Assembly: GCA_964473925.1 (NCBI GenBank)
Contig: CAYYVW010000003.1
Span: 3,179 to 67,178 of the forward strand
Source of the DNA: an uncultured Verrucomicrobiaceae bacterium
GTDB taxonomy: Bacteria > Verrucomicrobiota > Verrucomicrobiia > Methylacidiphilales > CAYYVW01
Direction of reading: 5' to 3'
DNA: 64,000 nt
Shown here: positions 45,493 to 55,663 of the stretch, piece by piece
Layout of the letters: each line of letters starts with the position of its first letter
Numbering within the stretch: the stretch's first letter is position 1
Notes under the pieces: generated by a model
Database searches by the model: none
The model's input: only the letters and a program-made list of their open reading frames with translations
Told to the model about the DNA's origin: nothing
Position numbers and translations under genes: made by a program

Positions 45493-47817
45493 CTAAGGCC
45501 CCAGCGCCGCGCTCGCCACGTTCCCGCCGCGATCCTCAGCCCGAATAAAAAGCCGCGCCCCGGCCGCGCGCTGCACCTCAAACCGCTCGCTCCGGCTATC
45601 GAGGATGCCGTCCACCGGCGCCACTGCGCGGAACCGCATCCCACGCTCGCCCTCGCACGACACTTCGACTGAAACAAGCTCACTTGCCGTGTCCGTTATT
45701 TCAAAAATCGCCAAGCCGTTATGATCCATCACAATGCGAATCTGCGGCGGCGTGTTATCCACCAAAAACGCCTTGCTCACCGCCGAATCGGTCCGGGCAT
45801 CCGCCAATGTGTTCTCGAGGGCGTCCGATGCCTCCACCTTCAAGTGGTAATATCCTTCGGGCCAGCCGCTGGCATCCCAACTCCAGACTGGCTGCTCGAG
45901 CTCTTTAGCAAGCAAATGCCACCCTGCCTCACCCTCCTGCTGATAAGAGATTGAATACTCCAGCGCATCGTCGTTCGGGTCCGCTGCCTTCCATGCCGCT
46001 GTCCGCAGCCCCGTCGCACTCGTCGGCTGGAACCGCGGCGGAGGACGAAGGTCCCCAGCCATCGCCTCGGCCTTTTCTTGCCCGGCAACCAATTGATCGG
46101 CCGAGCGCGGTGGCAGCGGCGGCGCGGGAGAAACAAGCGGCTCATACCCGACCCCCGCCGGCAGTACTTCAATCCGATGCACTTGCGGCGAAAGATTGAC
46201 CGGCAGGCACACGACCTCCAGCCGATCGAGCGCCGCGCCGCGCGGTAACTCAAGCCGCACCTGGGCGTAGCGCGCGACCGGGCTGCGGCTCTTCCCGTCC
46301 CGGACGATCAGCCATGGAGCCCACGACTTATCCGGCTGCGGCGTGTTGCCGGTGCGCGTCTGCAAAATAATTCCCGGCACCGCGTTGGGGTTCTGCCCTT
46401 TGGCGGGCTCCGCGAAAAACGGCTTGGCCGTGACCATTCCCCACCGCGCCGGAAGCTTGGCATCGAGCACGTCCGACTCGTACAGCCCGAGCGTCGTCCG
46501 CTCGCCGCCAAGGCGGTACGTCCGGCCTGGCTTAGACGCCGCGACCGCCCACTGTCCGCCGACCAGCGGCGCAAGCGCCATCACATGCGCGCTGTCGGAC
46601 TCAGCAAGGCGGCTCGAGTGCCCGCGCTCATCCACCGTGTAGATCTGTCCCTGACCGCCGGTGCCGACCACAACCGCATCCAGCGCCTTGTCCCATTCGA
46701 TGCAATGAATCGTCTCACTCGTCTCCCAGATCTTGAGCGCAACACCAGCACGGATTTGATAGAGCTCGCTCGCGCTGGAGGAGCTTCGACCCGCATCGCC
46801 TCCCAGCGTGGCTTGGCCCGGCGTTGCGGATCCTGAAGTGGGATCAGGCCCCGCGGCAGTGGTGAGCATCGCCTTGAGCGCCGCCAGCGGACCTGCCGGA
46901 GCTTGCCTCGATTTGGCTTCCGCCACCGATTTGACGGGACCGGTCGCTGCCGCGTAGAGCGTACCGTCGGGCGCAAAGGTGAGCGCCGTCACTTCCTGGC
47001 GATTGGCCGCCGCAATCGCGGTCGCTTCTCCGAGCGCGGTGATGCGATAGACCAAACCATTTTTCGCACTCCCCGCTAAAAGCGCTCCGTCCGGCGCAAA
47101 GCGCAGGCAGCGGATGTGCGTCTCATCGCTGTCGTAATACACCTCTCCCTGGTTCGGGCCGGTGATGCGGTAAATGCGCCCCTCGGTTCCCGTCGCGGCG
47201 TAGAGCCTGCCCTGCGCGTCGAACGCGAGCGCCCAGATGTATTTTTCTTTCGGGTTAAAATATTCCTCGGGCTTGGTGTTGGGAGAAGCTCCGGGCGGCA
47301 GGCGGTAAATTTTTCCGTCCGGCGAAGTGCCTACAAAAATTGAGCCGTCCGACCCGCGTGCAAGCGCATATACATGCGTCTCGGCGAATTGCGCCGCCAC
47401 CTCAAGCACCGCAGGTTGGCCGGCTCCGCCGTCGCCCTGACGGATCAGCTTCCCTTCTTCAGACGTACCCAGGAGCCAGCTGCCGCCGGGCTCGATCAAG
47501 ACGGACCAGATCCCAGCAACGCCCAGCGCTGGCGAAGTGCGGTCCGTGGTTTCAGCCGCAGAAGCATCGCCAGGTTTTACCTCTTTCTTCGTTTTAAGGA
47601 GGGGCGAAGGCTCCACCGCAGGCCACTCGGCGACCTGTTCCATCTTAGGCGCGGCCTTGAGCACGCCCTCGTCGCTGAGCGTGACGCTGCGGCAGCGGCC
47701 CGCCGCAAAATCGGCGTATGAATCGAGCACCATCCTCTCGGGTGCAACGGCATGCACCGACGCAAGCGTCAGCGCAAAAAACGCGCAGATCAAAAAAAGG
47801 CGGCGGCGCGCATCCAT
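45493..47817 (-). CDS. Secreted beta-propeller repeat protein (774 aa)
   Basis: It has a signal peptide and recurring DG.LYAAT/G.IYRI-type blades. Function unknown. Confidence 0.6.
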   Translation of the reverse strand: MDARRRLFLICAFFALTLASVHAVAPERMVLDSYADFAAGRCRSVTLSDEGVLKAAPKMEQVAEWPAVEPSPLLKTKKEVKPGDASAAETTDRTSPALGVAGIWSVLIEPGGSWLLGTSEEGKLIRQGDGGAGQPAVLEVAAQFAETHVYALARGSDGSIFVGTSPDGKIYRLPPGASPNTKPEEYFNPKEKYIWALAFDAQGRLYAATGTEGRIYRITGPNQGEVYYDSDETHIRCLRFAPDGALLAGSAKNGLVYRITALGEATAIAAANRQEVTALTFAPDGTLYAAATGPVKSVAEAKSRQAPAGPLAALKAMLTTAAGPDPTSGSATPGQATLGGDAGRSSSSASELYQIRAGVALKIWETSETIHCIEWDKALDAVVVGTGGQGQIYTVDERGHSSRLAESDSAHVMALAPLVGGQWAVAASKPGRTYRLGGERTTLGLYESDVLDAKLPARWGMVTAKPFFAEPAKGQNPNAVPGIILQTRTGNTPQPDKSWAPWLIVRDGKSRSPVARYAQVRLELPRGAALDRLEVVCLPVNLSPQVHRIEVLPAGVGYEPLVSPAPPLPPRSADQLVAGQEKAEAMAGDLRPPPRFQPTSATGLRTAAWKAADPNDDALEYSISYQQEGEAGWHLLAKELEQPVWSWDASGWPEGYYHLKVEASDALENTLADARTDSAVSKAFLVDNTPPQIRIVMDHNGLAIFEITDTASELVSVEVSCEGERGMRFRAVAPVDGILDSRSERFEVQRAAGARLFIRAEDRGGNVASAALGP

Positions 47818-47841
47818 AGAAAAATTATCTGACCTCGAGTG

Positions 47842-49695
47842 CTAATTAGAATGGAGGTTAATCGTCGCACGCTGCTGCCCGCGCGTCACGCCCGGGATTT
47901 GTGCGTCGCCCTCAAAAAGAATAGTCTCCTGCATGGGTGAAGACGCGGTGGCCGAGCTCGCCTCCTGCGACGCAGCTTGGATCGACGCCGGCAGCGCGGG
48001 CAACGGCTTGCCCCCGACGATCTGCCCGGGCGCGGCTTCGGTCAGTTGGCAGTAGAGCCGGTCCTCTTGCCGGCGACGGTTGAGCTGTGCGACAAGTTCT
48101 GCGAGCGAGCGGGCAGTGGGGATCTCGCGCCCGCGTTCCTGGTCGGTGAGGACAGAGCCGCTCGTCACGCGCACTTCAAACTGGCCGCTCTTCGCAGATT
48201 CCGGCAGTTGGATTTTCCACTGGCGCTGGAGCCGAGCGCCGTAACGCTCGCGCAACGTAGCTGTGACCAGAACCGCGGCGCCCGGGTCATACTGCCGCCG
48301 ATCGGTCTCAATGCGCTCAAGCTGCCAAACCGATTGTGTCTCCTGCGTTTGAATGTCCAGCTGCAGCGACGCAGCGTGCGGCTCGCAAAATTCCTGCCCG
48401 TAAAGCTGCTGCACCGGACCGATGGATTGGAAGAGCACATTGGTCCATTCCGCCTCCTGCCCCGAGAAAAAACCATCGAGGCGCAGCGGCTCGGCGCAGT
48501 TTTTCAGCCGCAGCGTTCCGCGCAAACGAACTGAGAACGCGCGCGCAAAATCGTCCGTAGAGTTGAGCACTCCCGCGAGCGCCGTTGCCGTCAAAAGCGG
48601 TGCGAGGGCCGGCTGGTCAATCCACTGCCCCGTGAGCGGCGAGCGCGCGCTGCCATTGTGCGTCCGCCGAATTTCATACGTCGCCATTTCGGGCAGCGCA
48701 CCAATCTTTCCTGTAACCGCCGACTGGCGGTCTTGACGCATCGCGCCCACGATAGAACCCACATTCGCCAGCTTGTAAGGCATCGCGTAGCTCGGGATCG
48801 TCGCCACAATTTCTGCCGTCGCCATCGGAAGCGCAACGCGGCCGTGATCAAACATCCCGTGACCGAACGCTGCGATCTGATTGCCTGAGCGCCATGTCAG
48901 TGTGCCGGTCCCTGCGACCGAAATAGGCCCCGTCATCAGCGCTGCTGCAACCGGAGCGCCGGGGCGCAGCGCTTCCTCAGTCCCGGTAACCGGCCCGCCC
49001 GCCGCTCCTCCCGCCAGCCACAGCCCAGACGCCGCGCTTCCACCGAGAAAGCGCTGCACAATCGACTCGAGCATGTTGGGCGCGATCCCGCTCACGGAAA
49101 AAGGAAGCGCGAGCGGAGCCGCCCATGTTTGCGCGAGTGCCCGCGGCACTCCCTGCCAAAATGCCGCAAGCGCGCGCCCAGACTGGACCGGTCCGCCGAA
49201 CGCACCGCCCGCGATCGGCACACCGGGCCGGGCTGTTGAAGCAGGAGCGGGACGAGCTTCTGCAGTTTCCATCCGTCGAACGACCGAGAGCATGTCGCCG
49301 ATCGGCGTGAAGCCGCAGTGCCCCTGCTTTTCAAAAAGGGCGATCCGCCGCGAAAGCGCGCCGACGAGTTTGCCGTCGACAAAAAGCGGGCTGCCACTCA
49401 TCCCATGCGCCGCGCCGCCCGCGCCCTTCTCCGTTTCTTCCAACTTGCCGATGATCAAATCGAGCCCGGGCGCCACGTAGTTTTTGGCGACACCGAGAAT
49501 CTCCGTGCGAATCGGGACGATCTTGCTCCCTTGCAGCACGGTATACGTAACGCCCTGCATGCCCGGGCGCAGCGCCTCGGGCGCCATCAACGGAGCCGAC
49601 CCCAAATCTGCGGCAGGCAGCGTGGGTGTAGTCGTGGCAGCGCGCACGCCTGCGATCGAAAGCGCAAAGGCAAAAAGTAAGCCAGGTATTCTCAT
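47842..49695 (-). CDS. Secreted S55 (SpoIVB-type)-like serine peptidase domain protein
   Basis: It has a signal peptide. HGMSGSPLFVDGKLVGALS resembles the GMSGSPI catalytic-serine motif of peptidase S55. Confidence 0.55.
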   Translation of the reverse strand: MRIPGLLFAFALSIAGVRAATTTPTLPAADLGSAPLMAPEALRPGMQGVTYTVLQGSKIVPIRTEILGVAKNYVAPGLDLIIGKLEETEKGAGGAAHGMSGSPLFVDGKLVGALSRRIALFEKQGHCGFTPIGDMLSVVRRMETAEARPAPASTARPGVPIAGGAFGGPVQSGRALAAFWQGVPRALAQTWAAPLALPFSVSGIAPNMLESIVQRFLGGSAASGLWLAGGAAGGPVTGTEEALRPGAPVAAALMTGPISVAGTGTLTWRSGNQIAAFGHGMFDHGRVALPMATAEIVATIPSYAMPYKLANVGSIVGAMRQDRQSAVTGKIGALPEMATYEIRRTHNGSARSPLTGQWIDQPALAPLLTATALAGVLNSTDDFARAFSVRLRGTLRLKNCAEPLRLDGFFSGQEAEWTNVLFQSIGPVQQLYGQEFCEPHAASLQLDIQTQETQSVWQLERIETDRRQYDPGAAVLVTATLRERYGARLQRQWKIQLPESAKSGQFEVRVTSGSVLTDQERGREIPTARSLAELVAQLNRRRQEDRLYCQLTEAAPGQIVGGKPLPALPASIQAASQEASSATASSPMQETILFEGDAQIPGVTRGQQRATINLHSN

Positions 49696-49804
49696 GGACG
49701 AGTCCGCCCGACGCTACGGCGCGCGCCCGAACCGTTCAACCCGTTTGTTTGAAGCGACAGCAAGAAGTTGCACTGATGCCGCATGTCCGCTCGAATACCA
49801 CTCA

Positions 49805-50434
49805 ATGCACTCCGAACTGCGCCGCAAGCTGCTGCTCTTCCTCCTGCTCGCACTCGCGTGCGTCAAAGGCGGCGAGATGGGCAAGCAGACGCTCGCGGCG
49901 GCGGGCGGGTGTTACTTCTTTTGCCGCATTGAATTACCGCTCTCGCATTTCTCTCAAGGAGATCCGCGGTGGGCGGATGCGATGCTCGGCTCCACACCCG
50001 CCACCCTCGCCCAAGAAGGCTGTGCCGTCGCTTCCGCTGCAATGGTTTTGTCTGGCTACGGCATAACGACCGACCCGGGCACGCTCAATGCGCAGCTGAT
50101 CCAACACAATGGTTACACGCCGGAGGGATGGATCTACTGGGAACGTGCGCTGGAACTCGCAGCAGGCCCCGACGAACGCGCGCGCGGCTGGAGCTGGTAC
50201 GAGGGCCCGGCTTCTTATGCGCTGATCGATCGGAATTTGCTGCACGGTAATCCGGTGATTGTCCGCCTGCGACGACTGCAGCCGGGCGCGCCGATGCACT
50301 TTGTCGTGATCGTCGGCAAAAGCGGCTGGCGCTACTGCTGCCTGGACCCCGGCCGCTCCGGAATCGCAGGCGCGCGCTGGCTGGATGAAATTCCGGCGAA
50401 GATCACCGGCGCGCGATTTTATCAGCTTCGTTAA
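49805..50434 (+). CDS. C39-like (papain-fold) cysteine peptidase domain protein
   Basis: From the ATG at 49805: a signal/anchor sequence, then QGDPRWADAMLGSTPATLAQEGCAVASAAMVL, resembling Peptidase_C39_2-type proteins. Confidence 0.45.
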   Translation: MHSELRRKLLLFLLLALACVKGGEMGKQTLAAAGGCYFFCRIELPLSHFSQGDPRWADAMLGSTPATLAQEGCAVASAAMVLSGYGITTDPGTLNAQLIQHNGYTPEGWIYWERALELAAGPDERARGWSWYEGPASYALIDRNLLHGNPVIVRLRRLQPGAPMHFVVIVGKSGWRYCCLDPGRSGIAGARWLDEIPAKITGARFYQLR

Positions 50435-50448
50435 AGTAAAGTGACCGC

Positions 50449-50961
50449 CTACTTCACCATCAACTGGATGTCGGTCATGACCTTGTCGGGGCCAAGGTAT
50501 TGATTGCCCGCGAAGCTGTCAGAAAGAATTTTACCCTGCGCGTCCATCAGCACCAGGCACGGGATGCCGGGGCCGCAGTACTTGCTGACGGCGTGGCTCT
50601 CGGCTTTATCGAACGCAATCGCAGGCCACGGCATCGAGGCCTCGTGCATGTACTTGGTCATGTCGGCGGCGGAGCGATCGCTGCTCACAAAAACGAGCTC
50701 GAAGTTGGCGTGCTCGGCCTTGAAGCGGTTGTAGAACTTCACCAGCTCGGGCGTAAACTTGCGGCACGGCGGGCACCAATGCGCCGAGTAGTAGAAGGCG
50801 AAATATTTGACGCCGGCGAGCTTCGCCCCGTCCACCGGGACGACCTTGCCGCTTTCGTAGCGAACCAAATCATTCTTTACCAAGCCAACGACGTCCGTCG
50901 CGGCGTGGCTGAGAGTAAAAGAGGTCAACAACAGGACAAGGGCCAGCAAGGTGTTCTTCAT
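50449..50961 (-). CDS. Periplasmic TlpA/nucleoredoxin-like thioredoxin-fold protein
   Basis: It has a signal peptide and a WCPPC active site (YYSAHWCPPCRKFTPEL). Confidence 0.8.
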   Translation of the reverse strand: MKNTLLALVLLLTSFTLSHAATDVVGLVKNDLVRYESGKVVPVDGAKLAGVKYFAFYYSAHWCPPCRKFTPELVKFYNRFKAEHANFELVFVSSDRSAADMTKYMHEASMPWPAIAFDKAESHAVSKYCGPGIPCLVLMDAQGKILSDSFAGNQYLGPDKVMTDIQLMVK

Positions 50962-50990
50962 AGAACCCGAGGCTCTCAGCCGGCCCTATG

Positions 50991-51449
50991 TTATGCAAGC
51001 CAATATCCTGCGCACGCTCTGCACCACTGGCAGATCACCCGGCCGGCGGGAATCAGTGTATCGTCAAATATCCAGCAGTACCCCATGTCGACGAAGCACG
51101 AGAGCGCTATCCCACCCACAAGCCAGGCGATGCGCCGCGGCATCGGCGTGCCGCGTGTTCCCATGAGATGGAGAATCAAGCCCCACTCAAAAATTCTCAC
51201 GGGCACATACGTCACCAAATAAGTGAACGCTGCGCTTTCCGACCACGCGTTCACTTTGTATGCGCTGACAAAAATAACCAGGCCCAGCACAAAACCCAAC
51301 AGCAGCCGAACGCTTCCCCAACGGACCGCGCCGCGCCAGCCGACCGCCCGCGCGGGTGCCAACCGTCGGATTGCAACGGCGCACCATCCGCAGTAGGCGG
51401 CCCATTTCGCCAAACAATACGCCATGGCCATGAGCATCTCGGGTTTCAT
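50991..51449 (-). CDS. Cys-rich integral membrane protein (about 4 TM), unknown function
   Basis: A hydrophobic 152-aa ORF with several Cys (CGWC, CQWCRAC). It is tightly spaced between the CysJ-like and TlpA-like genes. Confidence 0.5.
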   Translation of the reverse strand: MKPEMLMAMAYCLAKWAAYCGWCAVAIRRLAPARAVGWRGAVRWGSVRLLLGFVLGLVIFVSAYKVNAWSESAAFTYLVTYVPVRIFEWGLILHLMGTRGTPMPRRIAWLVGGIALSCFVDMGYCWIFDDTLIPAGRVICQWCRACAGYWLA

Positions 51450-51470
51450 AATAATAAACGCGCCGGATTC

Positions 51471-52628
51471 CTAATACACGTCCTTCAAGTACCGCCGCTC
51501 GGTTTTGGCGAGCGTCACTTCGATGAATTCCTTCGCCGATTCGGGAGAAAGACCGCCCTGGGATTGCACGACTTGGATGAGCGTCTGGTGCACGTCCTTA
51601 GCCATCCGCTTGGCGTCGCCGCAGACGTAGAAGTACGCACCGCCGGAGATCCAGTGCCAGAGCTCGGCCGCTTCTTCTTGCATGCGTTGTTGCACGTAGA
51701 TTTTCTCGGCTTGATCGCGCGAAAATGCCAACGAGAGCTTGTGCAGGAAGCCATCTTTCTGAAACTGCGCGAACTCGTCCTCGTAGAGGAAATCGAACGA
51801 GCGCCGCTGCTCGCCGAAGAAAAGCCAGTTGCGGCCGCGCGCCCCGGTCGCCGCGCGCTCCTGGAGGAACGCGCGAAACGGCGCGATGCCCGTGCCGGGT
51901 CCGACCATAATGATATCCGTCGCCGGATCGGCGGGCAGGTGAAAGTGCTTGGCGGGTTGCAGGAAGACGGGCACATCGGCCTCGTTGATGCCGACCTGAT
52001 CTGCCAGGAAGCCGGTCGCGAGCCCCGCTTTTTTGCGGCCATGCGATTCGTATCGAACCACTCCAACGGTGAGGTGAATTGCCGTCGGATGCGGCAGCGG
52101 CGAAGAAGCGATGGAATAAAGACGCGGCGCGATTTTCGTCAGGCCGCCGATGAGTTCCTCCGCCGTGAGCGCAACGGGGAATTCGCGCAGCACGTCGACC
52201 GGATCACGCGAATTGGTGTACGCATCGAAGGCAGGCGCATCGGTGATAGTGGCGGCGAGTTTTTCTTTTGCCGGACCTTCGGGCAATTTCTCGGCGACGA
52301 GCTTAACGAATTTTTTATTCACACGATTGAGCGTGTAGTCGGTCACGAGCGCATGGCGCAGTTCCTTGCCAGCGACAGAAATATCTCCCGTGAGCTGCGC
52401 TGCCGCGAGCAATTCATCGACCAGCGCCGGCGGATTGGAAGCGAAGATGCCGAGTGAATCGCCCACTTGGTAAGTCAGGCCGCTGCCGGCCGTCTCGACA
52501 ACAATGTGGCGCGTTTCTTTCTCCGAACCTTCTTTCGAAAGCATTCGGTTTTCTACCACCTTGGCCGGAAACGGATTGGTGCGGGAATAAGCGGACGCAG
52601 GAGCGGCGGTCGCAGCGGATTCGGTCAT
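51471..52628 (-). CDS. CysJ-like FAD/NADPH-binding reductase module (ferredoxin-NADP reductase-type, no flavodoxin domain)
   Basis: RLYSIASSP, MVGPGTGIAPFRAF, FYVCGDAKRMAKDV and a C-terminal YLKDVY. I prefer the start at 52628, because the longer ORF to 52724 would leave only 5 nt before divergent fabI. Confidence 0.8.
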   Translation of the reverse strand: MTESAATAAPASAYSRTNPFPAKVVENRMLSKEGSEKETRHIVVETAGSGLTYQVGDSLGIFASNPPALVDELLAAAQLTGDISVAGKELRHALVTDYTLNRVNKKFVKLVAEKLPEGPAKEKLAATITDAPAFDAYTNSRDPVDVLREFPVALTAEELIGGLTKIAPRLYSIASSPLPHPTAIHLTVGVVRYESHGRKKAGLATGFLADQVGINEADVPVFLQPAKHFHLPADPATDIIMVGPGTGIAPFRAFLQERAATGARGRNWLFFGEQRRSFDFLYEDEFAQFQKDGFLHKLSLAFSRDQAEKIYVQQRMQEEAAELWHWISGGAYFYVCGDAKRMAKDVHQTLIQVVQSQGGLSPESAKEFIEVTLAKTERRYLKDVY

Positions 52629-52729
52629 AAAGAGCCGGGATTGTCGCCCGCGTGCGCGCAGTTCGTCCAGCGGATTTCGCAACGACTGGGGACTTGCAGC
52701 TTTGTCAAAACGGGGCATGTTCAAAAAAT

Positions 52730-53551
52730 ATGACCGCTGCTCCTTCCGCCACCGTCAACGCCAGCCCTGTGACTAATCCGGCCAAGCCGCTGGCAGGTAA
52801 AACCGCCCTCGTCTTCGGCCTAGCCAACAAGCGCAGCATCGCATGGGCGATCGCATCAGCCTGGCACGCGGCGGGCGCGCAACTGGTGCTCAACTACCAG
52901 GGTGAGCGGCTCAAGGAAAACGTAGAGGAGCTGGCCGCCTCCCTGGGCGCCGGAACACCGTGCCTGGAGTGCGATGTTTCCAGCGACGCTTCGATCGAAA
53001 AGTTTTTTGCCGGTGCGCGCGAGCACACGCAAGTGGTCGACTTGGTGCTGCACAGCGTCGCCTACGCGCCCAAAGAAGCGCTGGAAGGGAACTTTCTCGA
53101 CACGACCCGCGAAGCATTCCGCGTGGCGCATGACGTGAGCGCGTACTCGCTCGTCGCTCTCGCTCGCGCGGCGGCGCCGCTGATGACGCGTGGCGGGAGC
53201 ATCCTCGCGATGACCTACTACGGCTCGGAAAAAGTGGTACCTCATTATAATGTGATGGGCGTGGCCAAGGCCTCGCTGGAGGCGAGCGTGCGGTACTTGG
53301 CGTACGATCTCGGCCAGAAGGCGATACGCGTGAATGCGATCAGTGCCGGGCCGGTGAACACGCTGGCTGCGCGCGGCATCGCCGGATTTACGGGGATGCT
53401 CAAGCATTACGAAGAGCGCTCGCCGCTCCGCCGCAACGTGACGCTCGAGGAGCTGGGCGCGACGGCGGTCTTCCTGGCCAGCTCGGGCGGGGCTTCGATC
53501 ACCGGGCAGACGATCTATACCGACTGCGGCTACAACATCATGGGGATGTAA
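52730..53551 (+). CDS. fabI: Enoyl-ACP reductase FabI
   Basis: LAGKTALVFGLANKRSIAW, HSVAYA and MGVAKASLE motifs. Confidence 0.88.
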   Translation: MTAAPSATVNASPVTNPAKPLAGKTALVFGLANKRSIAWAIASAWHAAGAQLVLNYQGERLKENVEELAASLGAGTPCLECDVSSDASIEKFFAGAREHTQVVDLVLHSVAYAPKEALEGNFLDTTREAFRVAHDVSAYSLVALARAAAPLMTRGGSILAMTYYGSEKVVPHYNVMGVAKASLEASVRYLAYDLGQKAIRVNAISAGPVNTLAARGIAGFTGMLKHYEERSPLRRNVTLEELGATAVFLASSGGASITGQTIYTDCGYNIMGM

Positions 53552-53574
53552 AACGCGCAGAAGAAACCGGGCCG

Positions 53575-54969
53575 ATGGGTTGTCACGATTTTCTTAGAAT
53601 CATGCCTGCTCTTTCTTCCGCTCCCGTCAAAGAAACCGTGGAGCCCGCCGTTCAGCGGATTGGGCGAGACCTACTGCAAGCAATCCGCGGCGCGCGTGTG
53701 TCGCTCTTCTCGAGCCAAGGGGCGCAGGGCCGGATGATGGCCTGGTCGATGAAGCATGAGGCGTTCAAGGTCGCGCTCTTTCGCTTTGTTGATGTGCTGC
53801 CCGCGCTGCGCAAAAGCCGGGACGTCGTCCGCCGCCTCTGCGAGTATCTGGAAGATCCGGCCGCGCACACGCCCGCGTGGATGCGACCGGCGCTGTGGGC
53901 GGCGCGCCTCTGCCCTCCCCTTGCCGCGCCGGTGATCCGCGCGAGCATCGGCGGCATGGCCCGGCAATTTATCGCAGGGAAAGACGAGACGGATCTCCTC
54001 CAAACCTTGCGCAAGCTGCACGCGGAGGGGATCGCCTTCACCGTCGACCTGCTGGGCGAAGCGGTTGTGAGCGAGCCTGAGGCCAGTGCGGTGAAGGAGC
54101 GGTACCTGCGCCTGCTTGATATTCTTTCCGCAGAGTTGGGCACGTGGAATGGGCCGACGGCAAGCAACCGGACCGCGACGGGGCAAGTCCCGGCGCTGAA
54201 TATCTCGATTAAAATTACCGCGCTCTTCCCGCTGATGGCGCCGACGGTGCCGGAAGAGAATGCGCAGGAGCTCATCCGCCGCCTGCGACCGCTCTTGCAA
54301 AAAGCCAAGCGCCTGGGCGCGGCGGTGACGATCGACATGGAGAGTTACGCGCTCAAGAACCAGACGTTCATGCTCGTCCACGCGCTGCTGGACACGCCCG
54401 AGCTAGCCGACTGGCCGTGGCTGGGACTGGCGGTGCAGGCATACCTGCGCGAAACGCAGGACGACTTGCGCGCGCTGCTCGACCATTGCCGCCGGAGCGG
54501 CCGCCGCATAACGATCCGGCTGGTCAAGGGCGCGTACTGGGATTACGAGACGGCGATCGCGCAGCAAAACGACTGGCCCTGCCCCGTCTTCTCGCGCAAG
54601 CAGGAGACCGACGCGAGCTACGAGGCGTGCGCGCAGCTTTTGCTCGAGAACCTGAACGTGGTCGACGCCGCGTTCGCAACGCACAACGTCCGCTCGATCG
54701 CCGCGATTCTGGCCAATGCCCAGGCGCGGGGAATCGACGAACGCGCGTTCGAGTTTCAGGCGCTCTACGGGATGGCCGAGCCGATCAAGCGCGCGCTCCT
54801 CTCCCGCGGCTGCCGCCTGCGCGATTACACGCCGATGGGCGAGCTGCTCCCGGGAATGGCGTACCTCGTGCGCCGGCTGCTCGAGAACACTTCCAATGAA
54901 GGCTTCCTGCGCGCCGCGTTTTTCGAGAAGGCCGACGAGGCGCGGCTCTTGGCAGATCCGGCAGGTTAG
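53575..54969 (+). CDS. Proline dehydrogenase (stand-alone PRODH)
   Basis: A PutA-catalytic-domain-like beta8alpha8 region, with LVKGAYWDYE and LYGMAEP motifs. Confidence 0.8.
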   Translation: MGCHDFLRIMPALSSAPVKETVEPAVQRIGRDLLQAIRGARVSLFSSQGAQGRMMAWSMKHEAFKVALFRFVDVLPALRKSRDVVRRLCEYLEDPAAHTPAWMRPALWAARLCPPLAAPVIRASIGGMARQFIAGKDETDLLQTLRKLHAEGIAFTVDLLGEAVVSEPEASAVKERYLRLLDILSAELGTWNGPTASNRTATGQVPALNISIKITALFPLMAPTVPEENAQELIRRLRPLLQKAKRLGAAVTIDMESYALKNQTFMLVHALLDTPELADWPWLGLAVQAYLRETQDDLRALLDHCRRSGRRITIRLVKGAYWDYETAIAQQNDWPCPVFSRKQETDASYEACAQLLLENLNVVDAAFATHNVRSIAAILANAQARGIDERAFEFQALYGMAEPIKRALLSRGCRLRDYTPMGELLPGMAYLVRRLLENTSNEGFLRAAFFEKADEARLLADPAG

Positions 54970-55502
54970 TCCGGTATCACGCCGAGGCGCGCGTGAATAC
55001 GATCAACCATGCGATCGTAAGCCCGTATTCCAGCGAAAAAAGCATGCGTCCCACAAGCAACGGCCACCAAGCTGCCAGCCCATTCTGTGCCCTGGCCAGG
55101 AGCAAACAGATTGATTCCTTCCTGAACTACTTTCGCAGTCGCCACGGCAAATCCAGCACTCGCGACCGGAGCTACTTTTTGGAATGTTCGTGCCAAAAAA
55201 ATGCGCGTTTGATCGGTCCGTGCATTCGCAACTTCTTCGCTATCATAACTCTCATTCAGAACGTACCCAGCCAAAAACCCCCAAAAACCGTGTTTAGGAT
55301 AGGATACTGCTTCTTCCTCCAGATGCGCCCGGATCCGCCTGACCACAGCCCCGGGCCCGCTGCGCGCCACCACTGCCATCTCATGCATCCAATTTACCAT
55401 CGCATGTTTGGACGGTTGTTTTTTGGGATCATAATGAAATTTCCCTGGTTCAGTGGACGTTAAAAGGAGGACCGGCCCTTCCTTGCGTGAATCTTGAGAC
55501 AT
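54966..55502 (-). CDS. Hypothetical protein (lower-GC orphan)
   Basis: A 178-aa ORF convergent with PRODH, overlapping it by 4 nt. No motif recognised. Confidence 0.4.
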   Translation of the reverse strand: MSQDSRKEGPVLLLTSTEPGKFHYDPKKQPSKHAMVNWMHEMAVVARSGPGAVVRRIRAHLEEEAVSYPKHGFWGFLAGYVLNESYDSEEVANARTDQTRIFLARTFQKVAPVASAGFAVATAKVVQEGINLFAPGQGTEWAGSLVAVACGTHAFFAGIRAYDRMVDRIHARLGVIPD

Positions 55503-55663
55503 AATACTGGCTTTTTCTTTCCCGCACCGCGGTTCGAAAGTCAGGTAAGTTTTGCGCTTTTTTAGATATTAATTTTTTTGGGGCTGGCCCTTGCGGATGC
55601 GTAAATGTGGGGTAGGCTACAAGCTCGTAACAGAACCTTAACCACTCCTAGGAGACTATTCAC

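Noticed and set aside
50988-52457. A 489-aa plus-strand ORF opposite the CysJ-like gene and the membrane-protein gene
   Set aside because: It is a shadow ORF with an Arg/Gly-rich product. The minus strand carries canonical FNR-family motifs.
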